Both the position numbers and the translations under genes were made by a program. This document shows, one piece after another, positions 50,203 through 63,097 of a stretch of DNA of 64,000 nucleotides; position 1 is the first letter of the stretch; every line of letters begins with the position of its first letter. The stretch is taken from contig OX597820.1 of the NCBI GenBank assembly GCA_951406725.2, forward strand, positions 55,428,001 to 55,492,000, in the 5' to 3' direction. This DNA comes from Octopus vulgaris. Its lineage: Eukaryota. The notes beneath the pieces are model-generated. The model saw only the letters and a list, made by a program, of their open reading frames with translations. It was not told the DNA's origin and did no database searches.

Positions 50203-51894
50203 TTAATAAGTTCAATATTAATAATATTTCAACAATTACTTTCTCCCGTCACCGGGGAAAAAGCACAAAAATTTTCAAAGTTCACGAAAATATTCAACAA
50301 TAGAAAAATTATCCACGTGCAACAAAACGTTTGACTCACCGCCAAAAAAAGACGTCCGTCTACGACAAACGTAAGCAAGCTAAAGTAACTTGCTTATCAA
50401 CCACATGGTTCCGGGTTCAGTCCCACTGTGTGGCACCTTGGGCATGTGTCTTCTACTATAGCCTCGGGCCGACCAAAGCCTTGAGTGGATTTGGTAGACG
50501 GAAACTGAAAGAAGCCCGTTGCATATATATGTGAGTGTGTTTGTGTTTGCCCCCCCCCCCCCCCACCATCATCACTTGACAACAGATGCTGGTATGTTTA
50601 CGTTCGTGTAACTTAGGGGTTCGGCAAAAGAGACCGATAGAACAAGTACTAGGCTTACAAAGAATAAGTCTTGGGGTCGATTTGCTTGACTAAAGACGGT
50701 GCTCCAGCCTGGCTGCCGACAAATGACTGAAACAAGTAAAAGAATAAAAGAATATCTACAGAAAAACTGTGTGCGCACATGCATGCACACACCTATGTAT
50801 AATGTGTACATATATATGTTATGGTAGTGTGAGTGTACAAAAATACATGTATTCTCTCACTATGTATGCATGTATGTTTATATACGTGTGTGTGTGTGTG
50901 TGTGCATGTGCACATTGTTTATATATATATATATATATATATAAATAAAATAAATAATAAATGTGCCGGAGTGACTGTGTGGTAAGTAGCTTGCTTACCA
51001 TCCACATGGTTCCGAGTTCAGTCCCACTGCGTGGCATCTTGGGCAAGCATCTTCTGCTATAGCCCCGGGCCGACCAATGCCTTGTGAGTGGATTTGGTAG
51101 ATGGAAACTGAAAGAAGCCTGTCATATATATATATATATATATATATGTGTTTGTGTGTCTGTGTTTGTCCCCCTAGCATTGCTTGACAACCGATGCTGG
51201 TGTGTTTACGTTCGTGTAACTTAGCGGTTCAGCAAAAGAGACCGACAGAATAAGTACTGGGCTTACAAAAAATAAGTCCCAGGGTCGATTTGCTTGACTA
51301 AAGGCAGTGCTCCAGCATGGCCGCAGTCAAATGACTGAAACAAGCAAAAAGAGAAAAGAGAAAGAGAGTGTCATTTTAAAGCCTAGAGAGAGAGAAAGAG
51401 AGAGAGTGAAATCAGTAAAGCTTGATTCAGCACTCTGGTGGCAGAAGGTACAAGGCAAATATATAAAAGAAGAGAAAGAGAAGATGGATACACACGCCGA
51501 TACATCTTCTTTTCTACTTTAGGCACAAGGCCTGGAAATTTGGGAGATGGAGCCAGTCGATTAGATCGACCCAGTAAGCAACTGGTACTTAATTTATCAA
51601 CCCCGAAAGGATGAAAGGCAAAGTCGACCTCAGCGGAATTTGAATTCAGAACATAAAGACAGACAAAATACTGCTAAGCATTTTGCCTGGCATGCTAACG
51701 TTTCTGCCAGCTTGCCGATATATATTACACACAAACACACACATCATCCTCATCGTTATTATCTTAACATCCACTTTTCTATGCTTGCATGGATTAGACA
51801 GAATTCACTGAGGTAGATTTTTTAAGGCTAGATGTCCTCCCTGTTACCAACTCTAACCTGCTTCTAAGGCAATGAGCAATAGTAGGAATGTTAA

Positions 51895-52201
51895 CCACTT
51901 ACCCGGCAGAAACGAATATATGCGTTTTGATCGAAATCGTTTTTTTCTATCTCTGGCGAGTTAACTCGTCAAAAGATAGACTCGCCAAAATCGACAGCAA
52001 ACGAGTTCCTTCGTCTAAAAACGGGTTAACTCGTTTCTGCCCAAAGCGGTAATTTAAAATCAATATTATTGAATTAAAATTTATAATAAATAAGGTTTGA
52101 AATATACCTCGAAATCACCATTCAAAACATAGTAAAATAAACAATTAAAAAATATATCTGAAAAAATACATTTATTTTCAAAATAATTGTTGGGTAAGGG
52201 G
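51895..52201. mobile_element. piggyBac-type MITE
   Basis: TTAA|CCACTTACCC ... GGGTAAGGGG|TTAA; CpG-rich interior with repeated GTTAACTCG. Confidence 0.75.
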
Positions 52202-52639
52202 TTAATAAATAGTGAGGGGGTGGGGGTGAAGTGTGACACACCGACACACAGAAATTAGTTTTCGCATTTATTATATTAGATATCTCATGTGATCACATGA
52301 CTGACCTGACTATCAGATGCTGTTATACATCGCTGATCACAATGTGCTTTGTATTGTTTTAGCCTTTGGATGACACCACACTGCTGGCCAGGTGAGCAGG
52401 TCAACATTCCCCACTGACCAAAAGAGTGACTGGAGCAACGTGAAATGAAGTGTTTTCCTTCAGAAAACAATGTACCACCAGGCCTGGAAATCAAATGCAT
52501 AATCTAGCAACTGTGAGCGCAACAGTCTAAACACTAAGCTACATGTGTATCTGTATGAATGTGTATGTGAGTGAATGTAATGTGAAGATTTATCAAAGCA
52601 AATTGAAATGAAAAGAGCGACTAGAGCAACACAAAGCAT

Positions 52640-53130
52640 CTGGCACTACCCAGGGGCCAAGATCTGGGAGTATTAACACTGCTTGTCAATTAGAGGAGGA
52701 GCAGAGTTCAGAGGCAAACCAAGGTACTCAGGGCCTCTCAGCTCAATGCACAAGAAAAGTAGATGAAGCCAAAGGCCCCAAGGGATTTGATAAAAAGAAA
52801 CCATAGCTGAATTTGCCACTAGCAACAGATCTGAGATGGGCTCAGTTGGACAAGGACTTGAACATTGTCCTGGACAATATTCTGAAGGGTGACACTACCA
52901 GGAAGGTACAAACTATAGCACATGTGGTATACCAGGCATGCCAAGATACCGTTAGCATGAAAGAAAGTAAAAGTAACAAGCAGAATGGTTCCAGTATGAG
53001 GCAATGCCAGATGGCAGGATTGAGGAAAGAGCTAAGGCAATGGAAGAAAAGTGTCTTCAAAGCAACTTAGCTCAGATTTAGAAGAGCTTGCAAAGCCACT
53101 GAGTAGCTCTTGAAGTTTCTGCACAAGGCA
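52640..53130 (+). pseudogene. Fragment of R2-superfamily (HERO-like) non-LTR retrotransposon, pre-RT region
   Basis: LPLATDLRWAQLDKDLNIVLDNILKGDTTRKVQTIAHVVYQAC...RQCQMAGLRKELRQWKK fits the W..LD.DL..IL...L.G....K......Y..C pattern, recalled from memory rather than searched. Confidence 0.55.
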
Positions 53131-53158
53131 AAGTATCTCTGGTGTTTATTTCACTTAA

Positions 53159-53377
53159 CCCTTTAGTATTTAAACCGTCCATATCCGGTCAAAATAGTTA
53201 ATCTGTTTTATGTTCAAACTGACCAGATCCAGGCTCTCACACCTACCCTACAATGTTATTCTACATTAAGTAAATACACCATCAAGATCTTGAAGATATG
53301 AGATAATGCATGATTAATTCAAATCAATGGGAATCAATAAGCATTATGTTTGATAGAATAATCTGAACACTAAAGGG
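53159..53377. mobile_element. piggyBac-type MITE
   Basis: TTAA|CCCTTTAGT ... ACTAAAGGG|TTAA. Confidence 0.82.
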
Positions 53378-54140
53378 TTAAATATGTATGTATTATATAA
53401 ATATATCTTTTATCTTTTAGTTGTTTCAATCATTAGACTGTGGCTATGTTGGGGCATCACTTTGAAGAATTTTAGTCGAGTGAACTGAACCTAATGTTTT
53501 AAAGCCTGGAGCCTGGTAGTTATTCTAAGAGTCTCTTTTGCTGAACTGCTAAGTCATAGGGACATAAAAACAATAACACCAGTTTTCAAGTGGTGGTGGG
53601 AGACAAGCACACACATATATTAGAGAGACCATGCCACAACAGACACCTGGAGTCTGGACAGCCCCCTTCCTGCCCTCTGGCTGGCCAGCTCCTGTCAAAT
53701 CATTCAACCCATGGCAGCATAGAAGACAAATATTAAGTGATGATGATGACATGAAGTCTTCTTTCAGTTTCTGTCTACCAAAACCACTCACAAAGCTCTG
53801 GTCAGCCTGAGTCTACAGCAGAAGACACTTGCCCAAGGTGCCACACAGTAGGACTGAACCTGGAACCAGGTGGTTGAGAAGTAATCTTCATACTACACAA
53901 CTATGCCTGCGCATCATCATCATCATCATTTAATGTCTGTTGTCCATGCTGGCTTGGATTGGATGGTTTGACCAGGGCTGGCAAGCTGGAAGGCTGCACC
54001 AGACTCCAGTCTGTTTTAGCATGGTTTCTATGGATAGATGCCCTTCCTAGTGCCGAAGTGTTTAGCTTTCTGGAAACCCAGGGTATTCCCATAAACTGGC
54101 CTTATCTAACTTATCTATATTATATATAAATACACACACT

Positions 54141-54184
<44 letters not shown>

Positions 54185-54356
54185 GGGAGAGTTTATGAAA
54201 AATACAAAAAAACGAAGACAGGTGGTGTACAAAACAAACAGATGTATTAGTATAATGCTCAGGAATAGAAAAAGTCTTATGTTTCGAGCCTACGCTCTTC
54301 TACAGAAAGGGACACAGAAAAAACAAGGAGAGAAAAAATGTGTGTAGTGGCTAACG

Positions 54357-54358
<2 letters not shown>
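54185..54358 (-). mobile_element. Short hammerhead-bearing element between microsatellites (homolog of 32016-32215)
   Basis: Minus strand CTTT-CTGTAGA-A-GAGC gtag GCTC-GAAAC...TTCCTGAGC...CACCTGTCTTCGT...CTCCC|(TA)n. Confidence 0.65.
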
Positions 54359-54444
<86 letters not shown>

Positions 54445-54627
54445 CCATCCAACCCATGCAAGCATGGAAAATGGACATTTAGTAATGATGATATATATTT
54501 ATCTACCTATATGTATTTGTATGTGTGTATAGATAAATGTATATGCATGTATGAGTATACAGATGTGTGTGTGTGTGTATGCATGTATACATACATGTGT
54601 GTGTGTATGTATATATATATATGTATG

Positions 54628-54833
54628 TGATCTCTTGAGCACCACCATCAAAAATATTTTTTTCCTCTGTCTTCCGTTCTTGGGATCTTTCCTTCTCCTT
54701 GTTTCCGACGAAGAGCTCCGCTCGAAACGTTAAACCCTCCTTCCCTTCTTTCCTGAGCGTCAAATAATACTTTAATTGTTCCACGTCCTCGCGTTGCTGT
54801 TTTTTTCTGTGTTTTCTTGTTTGGATTAACTTT
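54628..54833 (+). mobile_element. Short hammerhead-bearing element, related subfamily
   Basis: GTTT-CCGACGA-A-GAGC tcc GCTC-GAA-ACGT-T^AAAC at 54701-54735, followed by the shared TTCCTGAGCG; ends in (TA)n. Confidence 0.6.
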
Positions 54834-55940
54834 ATATATATATATATGCACACAGGGTTGGGCAAAAGTCACCCTACAGTAAATCCACAGTTTGTGAATG
54901 AACTTCTTGGAGAAATGTGACTAAATAAGTCATACAGTGTGGGAGTGTGTTTACAAAATGGTGTTAATGATGGTGTACTGTAGAATCAAAGTTAGGTGGG
55001 CGTTCATCCATTGATGGAAAGCAGTAGCATATTCTACATGTATGATGATGATGCTGGTTGTAGTGGTGGTGATTATGGCAGTAGTTGAAGCAACAGAACA
55101 GATACTCATTGGTGGTGGTGGTGGCAGTGATGAAGATGATGTAGACAGCGATGATGTAGGTAATGTAGTGATAATTTTCATGGTAATACTATTAGTATTG
55201 GTAAGTAGAAATATAGCTGTTGGTGGCAAGGATGATGTGATTATATCAGTGATAACCGAAATGCTGAGAGAATGAAGGTGACAGAAACAGCTTTGTTAAT
55301 AGAGGTGGGGTTTCCTTGTGCTGATGAAATCAACATAAAGCTATGAGGTGATCCGGATAACGACGATGGTGATGATGGAATTGGTAATAGTGGCAATATT
55401 CTTATTGGCTGAGCCGGTTAACACCTCTCACTTGTAATGTCTTCCTGTCCTACCAAACAAGGAAGGAAAAATTATTTGTTTTCTTTGCACATTATTTCAA
55501 CCTCACCCCCTCCCCAGTTACAGTAAAAAGGGGACAGGAAGGAAAATGAACAGATACTATTTGCAGCAATGTGGTACAAGCAAATCCAAAGACCAAGTCT
55601 TCTGTGATGTGACAGTACCAATAATGATGGTGAAGGTGGAGGTGATGGGTGGTTGTTAGCTTTAAGTCAGTGCTGACTGAGGCAACACATGAAGAAAGAG
55701 ATTCCAGTTTTGACCATCAAGTTTTCTTTTCTTCTTTTTACACCTTATGCTACATTGTTAAACACTTACTTCCTTTCATAAAACAATTAGATCAGATTCA
55801 AGAGAATTTGATTGCTGTTTCTAGGAACCACACAGAAAAACCTTTGTTGGCTTAAAACAGTCATGGTATAGAAACCATGGACAGCACAATTTATTTGTAC
55901 TAATATATCGTTAATAAAAACGCAGTATAAATATTATATA

Positions 55941-56508
55941 GTGGGTTGTCTGGAAAGTTTGTACCGATTTTTAAAGGAAATAAAAAGTTCAATAAATACT
56001 TGCCATTACATTTTTAATCAACCAAATATGAACCATTTTGTTGCACAATGCATCTCCATCTTTCCTTTAACTTGAAAATACTCTCTTTCCAGAATTGAGG
56101 TGGTTTCATGGCAAAGAATTCATCAAGGTATCTTTTTACGTCATCCAAGGAATTGAAATTTTTACCATTAAGACTATTCTGTAGAGACCTGAATAAGTGG
56201 AAATCCGAAGGAGCAATATCTGGTGAATATGGAGGGTGGGGTAACACATCCCAGCCGAGCTGCAACAATTTTTGTCTGGTTCCCAAAGCATCAAGTGCCG
56301 AAAATGAACTGTCTCATCTTCCATTTTAAAGGGTTACAGAATTAACACAGGTTATAGAGGAACATAAATCTTCTTCCACGAAAAGATAGCTTAAACTGTG
56401 CTCTAAATGGAGGTGTAGTTAAATCCTATTTTATGAACTCAACCATGTTCTAAAATAAGTCGAAAGGTAAGCTACTATAAATCGGCACAAACTTTCCGGA
56501 CAACCCAA
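55941..56508 (-). mobile_element. Internally deleted mariner element
   Basis: TA TSD and ~30-bp TIR TTGGGTTGTCCGGAAAGTTTGTGCCGATTT. The transposase N-terminus MEDETVHFRHLML is fused near 56285 to the C-terminus LGWDVLPHPPYSPDIAPSDFHLFRSLQN...NGSY. Confidence 0.92.
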
Positions 56509-57029
56509 TACTTTAATGATGCATAGTTGTTATTAAAATTTCCTTAAAATTTTAATTTTTCATCAGTAAACTTGTATTGTATGTTAATATTGTGTAACAT
56601 ACAGTATAATATTGTTAATACAGTACTATTGCGTGTTACTGGATAAGTCAGTAACACGCAATAAGATATTGACAGTGTCAATGATATTCAGAAAGTTGAT
56701 TATTTTTTAGGTTGGTCTATACTCTATTTATTTTATTCATATCAATTTATGATATCACTGGTATAATTTGAGATGAAGTGAATTAAGGACAGCAGTGCAG
56801 CATTTTGGAAAAAAAGAAAAACAAAAGAAGAAAGATGAAATGAAGGTGCCATAATTATATTTCTCATCAGACAGGACAATCCAGATGAAACTGGTATTAC
56901 TGTAGAAGGTCATGGAGATGATGTTGTTAATGAAGTGCAACTTGAAAAGGAGATAGAAGATGAAGTTGATGATGCTGATCCACCATAAACTAATAACAAA
57001 ACTCTAATATTAATTTGAAAGATATTGGG

Positions 57030-57660
57030 GTGTGACCGGCTAAGTTTAATCACGGTGATGGTATTCAGGAAATAACAATCGAAGGATGTGCAAAATATTG
57101 ACTGTGAATTCAAAGAAGTTGTATGTCCAGAACAAATAACAAAACTGAATGGGTAGACTAGAAGACTGTCAAGAAACTGGTTTTTCTGAACTTTACAAGA
57201 TGGGAAAAAAATCTTGAGAACTTGGATGACGTACTCTCTATCGAAAGAAGTCGTATTTTGTTTTGGTTGTAAGTTATTTTCAAGTGAAAACTCAAAATTT
57301 TGCTCAGTTGATGGTTTCAAATATTGGTGGAAGTTGAATCCTAAGATATATAAACATGAATCTAGTCCTGTGCATGAGAAGGCGTTCATTCCGTGGAAAG
57401 AGCTAGAAATTTGCCTTTCCAAAGGCAAGGTAATAGACAAAAAACAAAAAAGCTCTTGTTGAAAATGAAACAAAGAAATAGAAGTAAATCCTAATTAGAT
57501 TCTTGGACATAATTATGTTTCTTGCTAAATGAAACCTAGCTTTACGAGGCCAAAGAGAAGACATTTGTGTTGAGGAGGCTCATGAAAATAAAGGAAATTT
57601 TATGATTGGAAAATTTGACCCAGTGCTATGTGAACATTTGGTGGAAGTAAAAAAGCACAG
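57030..57660 (+). pseudogene. Fossil hAT (Tip100/ZMYM1-like) transposase N-terminal region
   Basis: TTF zinc finger RTWMTYSLSKEVVFCFGCKLF...GFKYW...KHESSPVH, followed by DUF4371-like FLAK*NLALRGQRE...NKGNF; stops present. Confidence 0.8.
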
Positions 57661-57664
57661 ATAT

Positions 57665-58557
57665 TACACATCCAGCAGAGCATACCAGCTTCATTCATTG
57701 CATGCTTATGCATGTCCTCAGCAGTCACAGCCTATGTTTCACTGCTATGTAGCATGGCTGTTCGCACACATACATCATACAGTCTACCTTTTACTCTGAG
57801 TGAGAGGCCCTTTATTACCAGCAGAGGTAGGAGCTCTCTGAACTTTGCCCAGACTATGCTTATTCTACCACCTACACTTTCAGCGCATCTATCCCCACTA
57901 CTGACTTAGTCACCTAGGTAATGGAAGCTATCAACTACTTCTAGTTTTTCTCCCTGGAATATGATGGAGGCTGTTTTCTGTGCATTTTCAGTGTTTATTG
58001 CCCCTGAGCATTTGGCACACACAAAAGCTATCTTCCCAGTTAGCCTTCCTTTGATATTGCTGCACCTCTTATGTGTCCATAGCTTACACCGGGTACATTT
58101 TATGGTGTTTCTACCTATGCCTTGTCTACAGATCGAGCAGAGCCATCTACCTTAAAGGATTTGTGGTTTGTCTTGTCTTCCTACTTATTAAGACTTTGGT
58201 TCTTGCTAGATTGACTATAAGGCCCTTCGATTCTAGGCCTTGCTTCCACACCTGAAACTTCTCCTCTAGGATCAGATACTGACTCAGCTATTGGAGCAAG
58301 GTCATCAGCATAGAAGAGCTCCCAGGGGCATCCTGTCTTCAATTCCTGTTATTGCCTGGAGGACTATGATAAATAAGAGGGGGCTGAGGACTACCCAGAA
58401 TTCTTCCCTGTGCTCGTTGCCAACCTTCACCTTACTGACAGCATCCCTGTACATGGCTTCTACAGCTCTCACTAATCACTCATCTATCCCTAGTTTGCAC
58501 ACTGACCACCAGATAAAGGATCAGGGGACCCTGTCAAAGGCTTTCTATATGTCAACT
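57665..58557 (-). pseudogene. Degenerate RTE LINE reverse transcriptase fragment
   Basis: Minus strand VD.KAFDRVP..IWW...LGIDE.LVRAVEAMY...VLSPLLFIIVL...PWELFYADDL. Confidence 0.85.
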
Positions 58558-59236
58558 ATATCCTCTATTGCGTTTTTGTTTCATTTTTTATATCTATATA
58601 TACATATAGTGGCATATGTACACACTTGTCCTCACCTTATACTAGGTATGTATCCAAATTTTGTATGACTCTTACTCTACCTTTTAGTCCCCCTCATACT
58701 TTCTTCCTCTTTCCTTTTTCTCGCTCCCCCTCTCTCTCACATTTCTTAGCTCTCTCTTTCTTTAACTCTTACTTTTCCCCCTTGAGTACCTTTCTCTTTG
58801 TCTCTGATTTTTTTTTTCTAAACCTTCAATCCTGCAGCCCCCTAATCCTCTCTTCTTCCATGTGACCAGTGTCTGGCCAGCCATGATCTCTCTTTCTTGG
58901 CCTGACTGCCAACCGCTTACACCTCTTATGTCCATCTTCTATGTTCCTGCTTTTAGGCTTTCACTTCATACAAGCCAGCTCAATTTGATTCATACTCAGT
59001 TGAAAGACACTTGTTGTTATTTCTTGTTTGTATTTGTAATTGTGTACCATGTTCTCCGTTTTTTGTCTTTGTTGCCATACACATCCGCTAGCTTTCTTAC
59101 AAAAAAATATAATCTTCTTAGCTTAGACTTTTTGTGGGGCAACCGGATCGAACTGTCTCAACTGTCCAAAACAGTAAGGACTTCTGGTAACTTGACTGAG
59201 GAAATATGTATATATATATGTATATGTATATATATG

Positions 59237-59268
<32 letters not shown>

Positions 59269-59271
<3 letters not shown>

Positions 59272-59780
59272 TTATATATATAAAACTGAGAATGTGTGCC
59301 TGTCTGTCTGTGTGTTTCCCTAAAACTTGAGAACTACACAACCAATTTCATTCAAATTTTACACATACCTTACTTAGGGTCCATGTAGTTTCATGGACAA
59401 AAAAAATGTTCAACTTCTTGCCTGGAGCGAGCCCATAGCAATATCATATCTTCTCCACTATTTCAGTATTACGTGTTAAAATAAAACAAAAACATTTCTC
59501 TATTTTATGTCAGATACTTTCACTTTAACAATAAAAATAATAATAACAATTGAATTATATGTAGTAAGTAATAATTAAAATCAAACTAAAGTATAATATA
59601 ATCGTAACATAACAAAAGTAAAAATAGCAATTGGTATAAAATTGCATCAATGACTTGAACTTGAATAAGTGGTTTCACATGAATGGGAATAAATTAAAAA
59701 TAAAATTAGCGTGCAGAAATGGAATAGTCCAGATGGATAATAAAAAATTAAATTAAAGAAAAGACTATTGTCTATAAAGT
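59269..59780 (+). mobile_element. Non-autonomous Helitron 5' portion
   Basis: A|TCTTTATATATAAAACTGAGAATGTG, a (CTGT)n tract and ACCAATTTCATTCAAATTTT, as at the 5' end of 24247-24637. No 3' CTAG end seen before the LINE. Confidence 0.55.
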
Positions 59781-59799
59781 ATACAATGTAGAGAAAAAA

Positions 59800-61480
59800 G
59801 GTCGTGGTTTTTTCGGCTCCTGAAATTCGGTAAAAAAGAACAAAAAGCGTTGTTGTTGTTGTGGAAATTCTGAACGGCGTTGACGCGGTTTCGCGTTTCG
59901 CTCGTTCAGCGCGTTACACTTTTTCTGTTTTGGCGGCCGTTTTTCGGTCGGAGGCGACTATGAGCCGCCTCCATCAAGCGGAGGAGATGGAAGGGAGAAT
60001 TTACTCTGAAATTTCGACGGAAGTATCGACATCTGAGGAGGAGTTGGCGGTGAAAAAGATGGAAGGCACCTACGCAGGTGTAACGAAGAAGTCAACGGAA
60101 AGAGAGATAGACCTGGCTAAGTTGGCGGGCCTCCAGGAGTTTGTGAAGGAGGACGAGAACGGTGAAGTCGAGCTGCTGCATCCAGTAGGGCGCGGAGACT
60201 GGTTCCATCGTAGAACCATTAAATATAAAGTATTTATGAATGGAGGTAGAAAGATGGAAGTAATCAACATGGAAGCAATTGAAGAGGCTCTCAAGCAGAC
60301 AGGAGAGGAAATTGTGTACATGACAAAAGGATTACAATACGGAACGATAACGGTGCAATTTAAAAGCGAAAAAGCAGCCAGGAATGTAGCAGCCAAGGTG
60401 GTGAGTACAGAAAAGATTTACTTGTTACCCTCGTATCTGAATAGGCGGACAACCAGAATTAGGGTGGAGGGAATACCTCCACACCTAGAGGGCGAATTAA
60501 TAACGGCTGCGGTTATAAAAGGAAATGAAGATAAAGTGGACATCCTCCACGCCATTATGAAGTATGAAGGCGTGAGAGGTGCCACACTAGTTATGAACAT
60601 TCAAGCGGAGGCGGATGTTATAGAGAGGATTACGGACAGCATAAAAACTGGAAATATTATTATGAGAGTGTGGGTGGAGGGTAGGGCGCCCAGGTGCTAC
60701 AAGTGTGGCCAAAGGGGTCACATAAGAGCCTACTGCCCTCCCCCACCAAAGGAAAAAGAAAAGGAAAGCGTTGAGGAAGCCTCAGGAGAGGAAGAAAATA
60801 AACAGAAACAAACAGAGAAGGAAACGACAGAAGAAGAGGAGATGCAACAAGAGTGGAAAGAAGGGGGAACAAAGAGAAAAAGAAGGAAAAAGAAAAACTG
60901 TGCGAAGCCCCAACCCACCCCGACACCACCCATACCCTTGGAGTCCCATCCTTCCCCTGCAGACAGTGAACCCACCCGCTCCCCTCCAACAAGAAAACAA
61001 AAGAAAAATAATAATACAGACAGACAAGAGTTTGAAAACGAACCCAGGCCGAACATTTATATTGTGACGGAACAGAAAGAGGTTGAAAGGGTAATGGAGG
61101 AGTATGAATGGTATGAAATGGATGGGACCAGATATGCAGTGCTGGAAAAGAAGAATATAGATGAGTTTGTGTTGAGGTGTGAAAGGGAGAATTGGGAGGT
61201 GAAAGATACAAGAATGAGCGATGAATTCGTGGAATATATGGAGGACAGTTTCGGAGTAAGAATGGATATGGATGGTCTTCGTATTGGGAATGAACATTCA
61301 GGTGACAGTGAAATCAAAAGGACAGGTAAGTGATGCTGGCGGAGGGGGCCGTTAGCATCGCTTTCATATTATCATTTTTCATTTTCATTTGCTCATAAAT
61401 TTAATCATATTGTTCTATGTCCCCCATGTTTTGTTATGTCCGCCATTCTTCGTAGCCCCTGGTGGGTAATAAAGAAATAA
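59800..61480 (+). mobile_element. ORF1-only (HAL1-like) non-autonomous LINE unit
   Basis: CpG-rich 5' UTR, ORF1 and a T-rich UTR ending GCCCCTGGTGGGTAATAAAGAAATAA, resembling the LINE 3' end at 19483-19504. Confidence 0.6.
59960..61333 (+). CDS. LINE ORF1 (gag-like, CCHC zinc knuckle), unit A
   Basis: Intact 457-codon ORF from the first ATG; YGTITVQF, RIRVEGIPP and EGRAPRCYKCGQRGHIRAYC; basic/acidic tail. Confidence 0.88.
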   Translation: MSRLHQAEEMEGRIYSEISTEVSTSEEELAVKKMEGTYAGVTKKSTEREIDLAKLAGLQEFVKEDENGEVELLHPVGRGDWFHRRTIKYKVFMNGGRKMEVINMEAIEEALKQTGEEIVYMTKGLQYGTITVQFKSEKAARNVAAKVVSTEKIYLLPSYLNRRTTRIRVEGIPPHLEGELITAAVIKGNEDKVDILHAIMKYEGVRGATLVMNIQAEADVIERITDSIKTGNIIMRVWVEGRAPRCYKCGQRGHIRAYCPPPPKEKEKESVEEASGEEENKQKQTEKETTEEEEMQQEWKEGGTKRKRRKKKNCAKPQPTPTPPIPLESHPSPADSEPTRSPPTRKQKKNNNTDRQEFENEPRPNIYIVTEQKEVERVMEEYEWYEMDGTRYAVLEKKNIDEFVLRCERENWEVKDTRMSDEFVEYMEDSFGVRMDMDGLRIGNEHSGDSEIKRTGK

Positions 61481-61709
61481 CATGGAGGAAATCAATTTAT
61501 TGCGTTATTAGTAAGTTGATATATATTTTTGCTCTCATACTACTTATCTCTGTTATTATATACTGTTGGTCTACCTTTTTTTGTCCATTGTTGTCTAACG
61601 GACGAAGTCAACCTTCGCGCGAAGACTTCGCGTTGGTGTTCCCCCCTCAGTGGGGGAAAACTACAATCAATTTAGATTACCAAAGGCTTGTTAAAGCCAT
61701 TTGTTCAAA

Positions 61710-63097
61710 ATGGAGTCCCCCATCACTTATTCGCCCGTGACGAGCGAGGAGGAATACCCGGCGTTGTCGCCAAGTAAAAAAGAGGCGTTGTCGCCAAGAA
61801 AAAAAGAGGCGCTGTCGCCGAAGAAAAAAGAGGCGGCGTCGCCCAAGAAAATGGTAAAACCAGTACCAGCATCAACTCCAGCAAAAAAATTCGCTGAAGT
61901 GGCTGGGAAGAAAATTAAAAAAATTAACGTGGACAACCTGGGAAAACATGCAGACTGTGTGTCAAAAGAGGGCACGGAAGTAACCGTGGCTTCAAACGCC
62001 AAAATACAGGAGGATATTTCGAATAGGAGAATAATCTATAAGACATTCAGTATAACAAACAGAGCAATCCAAAAAATAGAGGAAAAAAAGATTGAAAACT
62101 GCTTAAAGCCAATAATGGACAAAATTACGTATATCAATCGAGGGAAGAAATACGGCACAGTGGAGGTGAGATTCACGTCAGAGGAGGTAGCAAAGAAGCT
62201 ATCCATGGAACCCATAAAAGCAGAGGATTTTGTTCTCCTACCCCTGTATAAAGGCAAGAGAACTTCCAAAATCACTATGAACAACATCCCGCCAGAAGCG
62301 GATGCCGAAGTCCTAGTGGCAGCAGTTATGGTAGGCCTGGAGGAAAAAATAAACATCCTCCAGGCCACCGTAGAAGAAGAAGAATTCTGGAAAGGGCAAA
62401 AGATAATAATAGCCATACAAGCAGAAGTACAAACCCTGGAAGAGATCCCAGAGACTCTTAGGATAAGCGAAGATGAAAGAGTCACAGTCTTCGTAGAGGG
62501 CAGAAAGCCGAGGTGCTTCGGCTGCGGTAAGAAGGGGCATGTAAGGGCGGAATGCCAGCCCCAACCCAAACCGCAGGAAGCACCTAAGCCAAAAGGAAAA
62601 GAAGACAATGTGTCACCAGAAGCAGCGTCAGACGGCCCAGAAGGGAAGACTGAAGGTGTGGAGGTGATGGTAACAGCAGAACCAGCGGCGGAAAAAAAAA
62701 AGAGCGAGGAAAAGATAAATGAGGAGGGGTGGGCAAAAATTATCGGAAAAAAAAAAGAAAAACGGAAACCACCCCTCCCAGAGTAATTTTAAAAAAGAAA
62801 AAAGAGTCAATAAACTCATATATGGCCGTAAAAGCATCAAATAGCAGACTCGGAAACGTGTTGGCAGCCATGGCCAATGTGAAGAGAGTAGAGAAAAAAA
62901 TGACTTTGCAATTTACAAAATAGACCGGAAGGATTACGGGCGGATAAAGTCAGATTTCTTCCATGACGTAGGCCCACTTAGGTTGGATGTAACATCTCCA
63001 CATATATTCGAGGGCCTACGTCAGACTCCCCCACGAGGCCCAGAAAAAGAGAAGGAAGAAGAAGAAAAACCGAACCACTGATATAAAAGGTAAGTAA
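61710..63097 (+). CDS. LINE ORF1, unit B (paralog of unit A; C-terminus frameshifted in A-runs)
   Basis: YGTVEVRF, KITMNNIPP and EGRKPRCFGCGKKGHVRAEC. Open to 62786; coding-like sequence continues in other frames across A homopolymers at ~62750, ~62895 and ~63066. Confidence 0.8.

Noticed and set aside
54951-55275. Hydrophobic/acidic ORFs; similar ones at 13503-13703 and 23209-23526
   Set aside because: Decayed trinucleotide low-complexity tracts (GAT/GGT/TAC).
60070-62840. Multiple minus-strand ORFs over the LINE ORF1s
   Set aside because: Antisense shadows of purine-rich coding sequence with no recognisable motifs.
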